This document shows positions 7,176-15,167 of a stretch of DNA of 40,788 nucleotides, piece by piece. Source of the stretch: a virus (lineage: Duplodnaviria; Caudoviricetes); IMG/VR virus record IMGVR_UViG_3300039239_000017, positions 1-40,788 of that record. The stretch is one strand, 5' to 3'. The position numbers and the translations under genes were made by a program. A model generated the notes under the pieces. It worked only from the letters and a program-made list of their open reading frames with translations. It made no database searches and was not told where the DNA came from. Positions within the stretch are counted from its first letter, which is position 1. The number at the start of each line of letters is the position of its first letter.

Positions 7176-7598
7176 CTAACCCAGCTTCAGCCACGCCTTG
7201 ATCGCATCCCATGCGCCACCGATCAGCGCCAGCCCGGTCCCGACCGAGGTGATGCCAGCGATGCCGAGCAGCCAAGATATTCGGCGTCCGGTCTTCAGCA
7301 TGTCGTTCCAGGCGGCAACGGTCGAGCCGATGTCGCCCTTCTCAGGGTCGAGGCGTCCATTCAGCGCGCCAAGCCCGTCATGCACTCGACGATTGAGGCC
7401 ATCCAACTCGGTGCGCACCTGGGCATCGATCTGGCCGGCGAGAGCCGTCGTCGTTTCCATCTTGCCGATGCGCTCGCCGATTGCGTCCACCCGTTCGTGC
7501 AGTTTGGCACGGCTCTCCCGGGCCGCCTCCTGGTCGCGCGCATAGTCGTCTCTCAGTTGCTCGAGCATCTTGAGCAGCAGTGCATTCTGATCGGCCAC
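7176..7598 (-). CDS. Coiled-coil protein with C-terminal membrane anchor (DUF1515-like, lysis region)
   Basis: GTG start at 7598; heptad-like body, hydrophobic C-terminus. Confidence 0.7.
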   Translation of the reverse strand: MADQNALLLKMLEQLRDDYARDQEAARESRAKLHERVDAIGERIGKMETTTALAGQIDAQVRTELDGLNRRVHDGLGALNGRLDPEKGDIGSTVAAWNDMLKTGRRISWLLGIAGITSVGTGLALIGGAWDAIKAWLKLG

Positions 7599-7665
7599 GT
7601 TGCCCCCGCTGCTTGGTCGCCGTGACGCTGGCGGAGTTGAAGATCGAGTGCGCGACATCGGGCCG

Positions 7666-7965
7666 CTACTTCCGCAAATTTGCGGTGTCCAGACGCCGCG
7701 ATAGATCCTCATAGAACGCGACCAGGTCGCCGAGCCGGAAACCGCACTTCACCAGCGCGGCGCGATCGCGCGCCCACAACTGCTCGACCTGCGCCTGGTT
7801 GAGCTCGACCTCGGGCATCAGTACCGGGCGCTCGCAGCTCGTCAGCTTTGCCGGTAGCGGCGGCAGGTGGATTGACGCCCTAGCGGATGGTGTTGAGGCG
7901 GCGCACGCTGCCAGCAGGGAGACACTTGTCGCCAGCACCAAGCTCTTGAGCGGCCAGCAGATCAT
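7666..7965 (-). CDS. Outer-membrane spanin (Rz1-like lipoprotein)
   Basis: Lipobox LLAAC, Pro-rich linker, overlaps the i-spanin 3' end. Confidence 0.75.
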   Translation of the reverse strand: MICWPLKSLVLATSVSLLAACAASTPSARASIHLPPLPAKLTSCERPVLMPEVELNQAQVEQLWARDRAALVKCGFRLGDLVAFYEDLSRRLDTANLRK

Positions 7966-8218
7966 TCGCTTTGACGTAGTCATCGAGCTGCAGCTCCTTC
8001 TTCATGAGTTCCTCGGCGCGCTCGAGCAGCTGCTTGTTGGCAGCGTCGATCGCGTTGCGGTTGGCGAGTTCCTGCTTTCGCTGTTCGGCCTCGCAGGCGG
8101 CCTCGGCCACCGCGAAACCCTCGCGGTAGCCCTCGGCGCGGATGTGGGAGTAGACGGCCCAGCCAGCGGCCAGCAGCGCCCCGGCCGCAAGGCCGTAGGC
8201 CCAGAGCGGGAGACGCAT
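7880..8218 (-). CDS. Inner-membrane spanin (Rz-like)
   Basis: N-terminal TM helix, coiled coil, C-terminal Cys; follows the endolysin. Confidence 0.75.
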   Translation of the reverse strand: MRLPLWAYGLAAGALLAAGWAVYSHIRAEGYREGFAVAEAACEAEQRKQELANRNAIDAANKQLLERAEELMKKELQLDDYVKANDLLAAQELGAGDKCLPAGSVRRLNTIR

Positions 8219-8691
8219 CAGCCGAGCCCCTCGAGGCAAAGTTTGCGCTCGGCTGCGCGCCGGTTGGTGAGACCGCGCACCTCACGCCCGCCGGCTCGGT
8301 TCCAGCGCATCAGCTGCTCGCACGCCGCCTTGAGGTTGCCGGTGTTGGCCAGCCGCACCAGCGTCGAGCCGCACGCCGCGCCGGCCCCGACATTGTAGGT
8401 CCAGCTCAGCAGAGCGGCGGCCGTCTTCGGCGGCAGCGGGTAGACCAGGCAGCGATCGAGCGCGGACTTGTATTCCGCCAGGCTGGCGTAGAGCTTCCGA
8501 TCGCACTCGGCCGGCGTCGCCACATCGCCCGGCTGTACGCCGCGCGTCTCGCCGTCGCAGATGGTCCAGACGCCGACGATGTCCTGATACGCCTTCAGCT
8601 CGCGACCCTCCCACGGCTGGACGATCGCAGCGGCAAGCATGATCACGGCGACGACGGCGCCGGCGACGCCGCCCTTGGTCGAGGTCTTCAT
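8218..8691 (-). CDS. GH24 lysozyme, probable SAR endolysin
   Basis: E-x8-D-x5-T triad (WEG...YQD...WT), GLTNRR; Gly/Ala-rich N-terminal anchor. Confidence 0.92.
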   Translation of the reverse strand: MKTSTKGGVAGAVVAVIMLAAAIVQPWEGRELKAYQDIVGVWTICDGETRGVQPGDVATPAECDRKLYASLAEYKSALDRCLVYPLPPKTAAALLSWTYNVGAGAACGSTLVRLANTGNLKAACEQLMRWNRAGGREVRGLTNRRAAERKLCLEGLG

Positions 8692-8936
8692 TTGGGTTCT
8701 CCATCTTCCCAGTCAGGTTCGGTCGAAGGGGTGGCCAGCGAGCGCTGCACAATGAAGCGCGCGACGAAGGCGGCGGCGGTCACCGTCATCGAGAGGACGG
8801 CGAGCAGGCCGCGCGGGATCGGCAGGTCGAGGAACGGCAGCGCGGCCTCGGCGCCGCTCAGCAGCGCGGCGACAATCATCAGGCGGACGCTCCAGGCGTG
8901 CTTAAGCACCCGGCGCCAATCGGCGATCGGTGTCAT
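8688..8936 (-). CDS. Putative holin (2 TM)
   Basis: WRRVLKHAWSVRL, two hydrophobic segments, directly upstream of the endolysin. Confidence 0.75.
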   Translation of the reverse strand: MTPIADWRRVLKHAWSVRLMIVAALLSGAEAALPFLDLPIPRGLLAVLSMTVTAAAFVARFIVQRSLATPSTEPDWEDGEPK

Positions 8937-9115
8937 GGGAAGGTCTCCGGTCTTCAGGTGGGGAGGGTTGCGCTACAAGACGTGAGCGATCTCGGCTGCC
9001 TGCTGCGGCAGCCAGGTTTTCACCCGCTTGAGTCGCTAGAATGGGGCAGGCCGTGACGGACTGCTGAAGGAAACAGGGCGTGACGAAAGCGAACGAGCTG
9101 ACGCGTTCTCAGCGG

Positions 9116-9907
9116 CTAAACCGAGACGAGCTCCATCGGCTGCGGCAGGGAGAGTATTTGCCCCAAGGGCGAGCCCGGCTGCGGCTCTCCGAGATGGTAG
9201 CGCCTTCGCATCAGTGAAGTGTAGAGGTGCACCACTTTCGTACGCGGCGTGGTCAAGTCGGAGAGATGCAACCCCACATCTAGCAGTCGGTCCAAGTGAT
9301 CCCAGTGGACGGGATAGAACACATCGCTCCGCTCGGCGAGGTCCAGGATGCCATGCTCCTTGGCATAGTGGGTCAGAGCGGTTGGACCAACGGTACCCCA
9401 AGGCCAGCGCTCTAAACCGCGGGGACGCCCCAGCATCCGTCTCACCTGTGCGTTCCGCTTACGGCGCCGAGATTCCCATGGAGGAATGAAGTCTCGGTCG
9501 ATCGAGCAGAGCGCCCGAAGCACCGGCGAAGCGCAGGGGAGCTTCAGTACGGCAGAGTTGAGCCCAGAAACCGTCTCTTGGCCGAAGATGTAGTCCTCAT
9601 CCTCGATCGGTCTGACGCTGAAGCAGTCAGCATCGATCCAGAGGCCCGCGGAGGCCGCGAGCAGATGGTACCGAAACAAATCAGACGCGAGTTCTATGTG
9701 GCCATTTTCGACGTACCAGCTGACGCGAGACCAAGGAAGGATCTCAGACGCCGGCAAGACTTCCACACCGTGCGGCACGTCGGCCGGAGCTGTGTATGCG
9801 AACAACCGAACGGTGTGCCCATTCGACAGGAATGAGCGAAGGCATGCAGAGTGTATCGGCCCCAGTGACGGACCGTTCCAGAAGGTGTTCGCGACCGCGA
9901 GAGCCAT
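9116..9907 (-). CDS. DxD glycosyltransferase (GT32-like) moron
   Basis: FWNG..L, CLRSF, SDLFRY, GLWIDAD, WG..GP motifs. Confidence 0.8.
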   Translation of the reverse strand: MALAVANTFWNGPSLGPIHSACLRSFLSNGHTVRLFAYTAPADVPHGVEVLPASEILPWSRVSWYVENGHIELASDLFRYHLLAASAGLWIDADCFSVRPIEDEDYIFGQETVSGLNSAVLKLPCASPVLRALCSIDRDFIPPWESRRRKRNAQVRRMLGRPRGLERWPWGTVGPTALTHYAKEHGILDLAERSDVFYPVHWDHLDRLLDVGLHLSDLTTPRTKVVHLYTSLMRRRYHLGEPQPGSPLGQILSLPQPMELVSV

Positions 9908-9918
9908 ACTCTCTCTCC

Positions 9919-10212
9919 CTACGGCTCGTTGCCGAACACGTACCCTCTGACGCGGTGTTGAGCGTCAATGGCCGCATCCAATCCCACCCACCTGTCGATG
10001 CGGCGCTGCAGAACCCGCCGCTCACGAGTGCTGGCGCCCTCCAGAGCAACCGTTAGAAGCCTCAGCCGCTGAATGACAAGAGACTGTGTGTCGCCCAAGT
10101 ACCGCCCCGCCATGTCCGGGTCGTATAGAGCATCCTCTGCCCGACGATAGGCCGTCTTGTCTGCCTGTAGGACGGCAGCAACTCCACTGGAGGCGGTGAG
10201 AAATGGCCACAT
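9919..10212 (-). CDS. Hypothetical protein upstream of the glycosyltransferase
   Basis: 97-aa ORF; weak RBS. Confidence 0.4.
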   Translation of the reverse strand: MWPFLTASSGVAAVLQADKTAYRRAEDALYDPDMAGRYLGDTQSLVIQRLRLLTVALEGASTRERRVLQRRIDRWVGLDAAIDAQHRVRGYVFGNEP

Positions 10213-10289
10213 GGCGATTCCGATAGCACGTTGCCATTCGGTGTGGCGAGCATCAACGTGCCCCCCAAGAACCGCTGCCCCGTGAGCAG

Positions 10290-11648
10290 TCAGAAATTGA
10301 GAAATGGCTGGGCCGGAACGGTGAAGTTGGCTGTGTATCGTGCGACTCCCACTGTATAGCGCACCTCGTCTAGCCAGCCGCGCATCTTATTGTTGGCCAC
10401 AGTGTTTCTGTCGTCGCGGAAGGCGCCTACGGTAACGTCATTTCCGGTGAGGTTGGTTGCGCTGCTGTAACTCGAGCCAAACTGAACACCATCCTTAAAG
10501 GCTCGCCACACCCCCGACGCTCTCGTGAGGGCAATGTGGTACCAGGTGTTGATGGCGATGGACGTGGTCATCCTATCGGCGTTGTCAATTTGAACGCGCA
10601 GTGTCGTCCCACTGCTCAACGAAGTAGCGATCAATGGCTCGTTTGCACTACCAACCGAGCGCGTATCAAACTGGCATTGGTTTAGCGTCGTCACGTTGTT
10701 CCATCGAACCCAATACTCGATGGTCACGTCGCCAGTGCCGATCGCCGCAACCTGATCATCGCAGATGACGTAGTCGCCTGTGCCGTCGAACAACATCGAC
10801 GCGCCACCGAATCGTGATTGCGCGGTGTCGATCTGAGCGTTGCCAGCAGGCGTCAGTGTCCGGGCGAAGGATGAGTTGTCGGTGAAGGTGGTCGAACCGT
10901 CGGCGCCATCGCCATGAAGCAACAGCTGAACCAAATGAAAGTACGGATCGCCGTTTCTAGTGAGATCTGCCGGTTTCGGAGCGATCGCAATATCCTGCTT
11001 TACCGCCTTCAGTACGCGCGACATCCGCAGGATCGCCGGCCGTGGCAAGAGCGCCAGCCCCACAGGTTGGGCCGATAGCGGATACGTCCGCAGCAGTTGC
11101 GCCGGTCGAGGCGTCACGCCGATTGTAGCAGGCGCCGCCACAAGCAGCCGGCTCGCGCGAAGGTCGGCCGCGCGTCCGTCGATGGCAATGGCCTGAGGTT
11201 GCGCCTCGATCGAGCCCAACACCTTGAGGAAATTGGCCGAGTTCGGCGTCAGGTCTATCGAGGCCGGCTGGCACTTCAGCACCAGGTTCCGCAACAGCCG
11301 CGCGGGCTGCGGCTCGATGGTGATTTCGGCCTTGATAAAGCCCGCCAGCCGCGTGCGCTGCAGGATGGCCTCAGTTGTGGTGAGGCTGACCGTGGCCGGC
11401 AAGCATTTCAGCAGCAGTTGCCGTTTCAGCGAAGCCGTACCAGCGAGCGAAATCGCCACCGGCTGAGCTAGCAGCACGCGGGTACGAGACAGTCCCGCCG
11501 CTGACGGCGCCAAGATGACGCCGGCCGGCTGCGCCGCGATACGTCGACGATGCAGCAACCGTGCGGAGTTCGGCACTACCGAGATCGCCTTGGGCGTCGC
11601 CTCGAGGCGCAACGTCTTCCGGTAGAGGAAGGGGTTGGTCAGCAGCAT
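10290..11648 (-). CDS. Fibre/receptor-binding protein: ~22-aa repeats plus C-terminal LamG/ConA-like domain
   Basis: DPYF..V.LLLHGDGADGST, TIEYW, WYHIALTR, GWLDEVR...ARYTANF. Confidence 0.8.
   Translation of the reverse strand: MLLTNPFLYRKTLRLEATPKAISVVPNSARLLHRRRIAAQPAGVILAPSAAGLSRTRVLLAQPVAISLAGTASLKRQLLLKCLPATVSLTTTEAILQRTRLAGFIKAEITIEPQPARLLRNLVLKCQPASIDLTPNSANFLKVLGSIEAQPQAIAIDGRAADLRASRLLVAAPATIGVTPRPAQLLRTYPLSAQPVGLALLPRPAILRMSRVLKAVKQDIAIAPKPADLTRNGDPYFHLVQLLLHGDGADGSTTFTDNSSFARTLTPAGNAQIDTAQSRFGGASMLFDGTGDYVICDDQVAAIGTGDVTIEYWVRWNNVTTLNQCQFDTRSVGSANEPLIATSLSSGTTLRVQIDNADRMTTSIAINTWYHIALTRASGVWRAFKDGVQFGSSYSSATNLTGNDVTVGAFRDDRNTVANNKMRGWLDEVRYTVGVARYTANFTVPAQPFLNF
10950..11606 (-). 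repeat. Ten degenerate 21-23-aa protein repeats
   Basis: Consensus L.A.P..I.L.P..A.L.R.R. Confidence 0.8.
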
Positions 11649-11660
11649 CGTCGGTTCCCG

Positions 11661-12095
11661 TCAGGTGATGGTCAGCACGCCGTTGGTACCGTCGAAGTCG
11701 AGGGTAAGGCTCTCGCCGTCCCCCAGCGTCACCGACGAGCCATAGTCGTAGAAGCCAACCAAGGGCTTCGCGGGTGTGGACTGGGTATCGTTGTAGACCA
11801 CTGCGTATCGGAACGCCGCCATCGAACCGCCGGCCGCGGTGATCACCTCGTCGGCGATCGTCCATTTCGCGACACCGCCGGTCTCGGACAGCGTCTCGCT
11901 ATCGAGATCAAAGCCGCCCGACACATAGCCGTTGCCGGCCGCGATCTGGGTGATGTCGGCGAGCACGGTATTGGCGGATGCGCTCGGCGCGGTGTTGCTC
12001 AGGCAGACCTTGAAGCTGTGACCGCTGAGGTCGTGCTTGCCCTTGGCGAGCTGCTCCTTGAAGTCCTGAAAGAGCGTGAGGGTAGATGCCGGCAT
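11661..12095 (-). CDS. Small virion fibre-associated beta protein
   Basis: GNGY..GG, FRYAVVYNDT, YDYGSSVTL.DGE.LT.DF pattern common in phage fibre loci. Confidence 0.7.
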   Translation of the reverse strand: MPASTLTLFQDFKEQLAKGKHDLSGHSFKVCLSNTAPSASANTVLADITQIAAGNGYVSGGFDLDSETLSETGGVAKWTIADEVITAAGGSMAAFRYAVVYNDTQSTPAKPLVGFYDYGSSVTLGDGESLTLDFDGTNGVLTIT

Positions 12096-12107
12096 GGATA
12101 TCTCCTG

Positions 12108-12785
12108 CTAGTTGCGGCGCTGGCCGATGATGGTGAGCTTGATGCCGGCGGCGTTGCTGCCGGCGGTGTCGAAGTCGACGGAGAGGACTTGCCCCTTGTC
12201 CCATTCGTCCTCGGTCAGGACGTACGGAGTTGTGCCGACCGCCTCGCTCGAGTGCTCGCCCTGGTTGATGGTGAGCTTGGTCGAGAGCACCGAGGCGTCA
12301 TCGAGGTTGAGGTCGAGGACGACGTTGCCGCTGTCGGAAGGGTCGTTGAGGTATGCCGAAATCCCCTGCACCTGAATGTTGCGGGGGATCGGGACCTTGA
12401 TGACGCCGATCTGCCCGCTGATCACCCCATCCTCATGGCTGAGGGCGATGATCCACTCGAACAGCAGGCCATAGGTCAGCCCCTCGAGCATGCGGCGGGT
12501 CTGCGCCGTCGAGCGCACGATGTCCCCGACGAACTGCACCTCGTACGGGCCCGAGACGTTGGCGCCGGGCCATGGCCGAGCCAGCACCAGGTGCGTCGCG
12601 TCCGTCACCGAGGCGATGCGCTGCGGCGGGATCTCGGGCTGCGCGGGATCCATGAAGAAGTCGCCGGCCGCGATTACCGGCAGGCCGAAGCTGTCGGTGC
12701 CCCAGCCAGTGCCGGTGCCGGTGACAGTCAGGCCGCCGGCGTTCACCGCCGCGGAGCCGGTGTCGTAGTAGGTCGGAAGGGGCAA
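12108..12785 (-). CDS. Tail-fibre anchor/adaptor protein
   Basis: N-terminal Y..G...V....TVTGTGT.W fibre-attachment pattern; TTG start with GGAGG. Confidence 0.7.
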   Translation of the reverse strand: MPLPTYYDTGSAAVNAGGLTVTGTGTGWGTDSFGLPVIAAGDFFMDPAQPEIPPQRIASVTDATHLVLARPWPGANVSGPYEVQFVGDIVRSTAQTRRMLEGLTYGLLFEWIIALSHEDGVISGQIGVIKVPIPRNIQVQGISAYLNDPSDSGNVVLDLNLDDASVLSTKLTINQGEHSSEAVGTTPYVLTEDEWDKGQVLSVDFDTAGSNAAGIKLTIIGQRRN

Positions 12786-12812
12786 AGAAGCCTCCGAATG
12801 TTAGAGAACTGG

Positions 12813-14378
12813 CTAAGCGAAGGCCGCGGCGACCCAAACGAAGTCCGCGCCGGCATCCGCCGTGCTGTCCGGATCACCCGGCTTGTACCGGCAGCGCGCA
12901 CGAATATTCGCACCGGTGGTCGGGTTATCGCCGAAGCCGCCAACGGGACTGAAGTTGGCGCTTCCGTCGAAATAGGCTGGACGCTTGAAGTAGTTTTCCC
13001 ACTCCAAGAAGCCCTCAGTGTAGAGATCGCCGCCGCCTCGGATACCGTAGTGACCGATCACAAAGCCGCCCGCCCCTGTCGCCATCGACGCCCCGCTTGT
13101 GCCTCCGTAGACATCGCTGCTCTGAACGACGGATACGGGGGTGAGCGGGTTGTCCATGTTGTACCCAGCCCAGGCTGCAAGCTGCAGCTGCCAGGCAGTG
13201 CCGGTGTAGGAGACATTGATAGTGCCGGTGACCCCGTCCGGCACGTGGGCCGCGAATATCGCCGCGCAGAGATTTCGCTGCGTCGTCCCGCCACCAAAGA
13301 AAGTGCGTCTCTTTGCTATGAGAGTCGCGGGGATGACCGTTCCATTGATGTCGGTGATACTCGCTCCCGAGATGTCCCGTTGAGTACCGTCCTGCCAGTT
13401 GCCGATGAAGAGCGCGAAGTAGATGTAGCGCTCGGGATTTGCGGGCCCAAACTGGAAATCCGGGAGGGAATAGCTTGCGAGGTTGGCGAATTCCTGCCGT
13501 GTCTCGAGGTAGATGTAAGCCTTGCTGTCGCCGCCTGTCGCGTCCTGCGGGGTGATCAGCGAGCAACCGGGGATGACCTCGATGTCACCAGTGAGGGTCG
13601 TGGAGTAGTCTGAGACATCGATCAGCGAGCACTGATCCGACCCGCCGCGTGCCTGACGGCCGCCGACGCCAGTCGGGTCGACCACGGGTCCCTTTGCCTG
13701 CAGCGAGAACACTGGATAGTTGAAGGCCCCGCCGGTTCCTCCAGCGGTCCAGCCGGAGTTCTGTGTGTCGCCGCCGAAGCGATAGAACGAGTACGATCTG
13801 GAGTCCGCGGACTGCTTGCGACGCAGCAGAATGTCAACGGTCCCATCAACATTTGGGTCGATCTCGCCATTGGCGTCGCGGCGCAGCACAATCTCCATGT
13901 AGCGGGCGATCGGAAAGAGGCGCTCGACGGGGAGCGAGCCGCCGACACAGGTGACCCACTGGCCTTCTTCGAACAGCACGGGAATGCTGACGCCGTTGAT
14001 CTGGTCCGGCGCATTCGTCCGGGTCAGCTTCACGCGAACGTAGAGGAGATCGGTCCCAGGCGGCGCCACCCCGATAATTTCGTCGTTCAGTTCATAGCCA
14101 CTCGCCGGCGGCGGAGTGGCATCCGGCGACCCCCAGTTCTGTCCGGGGATACCGGCATAGCTATGGCACGATCCAACCAGGGAGCCGCCGCTCATCCCCT
14201 GAGCAAAGCCGTAGGCATTGCCCTTGACGAAGTCCGGCCAGGTGATCGTCTTGCCGGTGATGCTGATCACCTCGGACGAGGGGAACAACTGGACGGGGAA
14301 CAGGTCGGTGTCGAAGACGACAACGCCATCCTCCTCAACGAGCAGTCGCTCGTTGGAGTGTTGATACTTGGTGACCAT
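12813..14378 (-). CDS. Minor tail/baseplate protein with variable C-terminal module
   Basis: 521 aa, Gly/Thr-rich, position in tail module. Confidence 0.65.
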   Translation of the reverse strand: MVTKYQHSNERLLVEEDGVVVFDTDLFPVQLFPSSEVISITGKTITWPDFVKGNAYGFAQGMSGGSLVGSCHSYAGIPGQNWGSPDATPPPASGYELNDEIIGVAPPGTDLLYVRVKLTRTNAPDQINGVSIPVLFEEGQWVTCVGGSLPVERLFPIARYMEIVLRRDANGEIDPNVDGTVDILLRRKQSADSRSYSFYRFGGDTQNSGWTAGGTGGAFNYPVFSLQAKGPVVDPTGVGGRQARGGSDQCSLIDVSDYSTTLTGDIEVIPGCSLITPQDATGGDSKAYIYLETRQEFANLASYSLPDFQFGPANPERYIYFALFIGNWQDGTQRDISGASITDINGTVIPATLIAKRRTFFGGGTTQRNLCAAIFAAHVPDGVTGTINVSYTGTAWQLQLAAWAGYNMDNPLTPVSVVQSSDVYGGTSGASMATGAGGFVIGHYGIRGGGDLYTEGFLEWENYFKRPAYFDGSANFSPVGGFGDNPTTGANIRARCRYKPGDPDSTADAGADFVWVAAAFA

Positions 14379-14384
14379 GGCCCC

Positions 14385-15164
14385 CTACAATGTTACCGGA
14401 ATGACCTTGGTCGAGAAGAAGTGCCCCAGGTACTTACCGACGTTGTGAACGCCAGAGATCGGCGAGATCGTGCGGATCGCGCCGTTCCCAATGTCGGCGA
14501 CGCGATCGAGCGGGAAGTACAGCAGCGCTTCACCAGAGGCGGCGCGGCGGATCACCCGCTGATCGCTGGTGATCTTGCCGTGCCCCATAACGACCGCCTC
14601 GGAGGAGAGCCCAGGCTTCGCTCGGAAGAGCGGCTTGGACATATCCGGGGCCGTGTTCTTGAAGATGTAGACATCGTAGGAGCGGCTGACCGCACCCAAG
14701 CTGTTGGCGCTCGAGTAGCCCACATCCTTGAGCCTGATCTTTGTCGTGGTGGCGAACACTGAAACCGTCCGGCTTCGGTACTCGGTATCTTCCTGGACGA
14801 CGTTGCAGCCCGAAATGATCTCGCCATTGTAGACGACGAAGAACAGCGGCACGTAGCCCAGGTTATGGGTGTAGAGGTCGTAGGTGGCGGTCACGACCTG
14901 ACCGTTGGCCGCCTGCGTCGCGCCAGAGGATGAGCCGCCGGCCGACACCGTAAAGCCGGTGCCGGTGACGCCGGCGACTGACGTATGGTTCACCGTCCGA
15001 CCCAGCCCGATGATTGCGTCCGACAGGTACTGAAAATCCGAGTGAAACCGCACGTATTGCAGGTTGTTCAACGGATCATTGAATGGCGCCAGCGGGTCAC
15101 CGCTCGGCGGTTTCACCCAGATGGCTACCTTCCCGTTGTGGGCCCGGAAGCAGATCTTCGCCAT
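14385..15164 (-). CDS. Minor tail protein
   Basis: 259 aa after the tail-tip gene; HNLGYVP motif. Confidence 0.65.
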   Translation of the reverse strand: MAKICFRAHNGKVAIWVKPPSGDPLAPFNDPLNNLQYVRFHSDFQYLSDAIIGLGRTVNHTSVAGVTGTGFTVSAGGSSSGATQAANGQVVTATYDLYTHNLGYVPLFFVVYNGEIISGCNVVQEDTEYRSRTVSVFATTTKIRLKDVGYSSANSLGAVSRSYDVYIFKNTAPDMSKPLFRAKPGLSSEAVVMGHGKITSDQRVIRRAASGEALLYFPLDRVADIGNGAIRTISPISGVHNVGKYLGHFFSTKVIPVTL

Positions 15165-15167
15165 CGA

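Noticed and set aside
11550-13613. 687-aa plus-strand ORF
   Set aside because: Antisense shadow of tail genes
10290-14378. Diversity-generating retroelement or invertible fibre cassette
   Set aside because: No reverse transcriptase, invertase or duplicated TR/VR segment seen in the window
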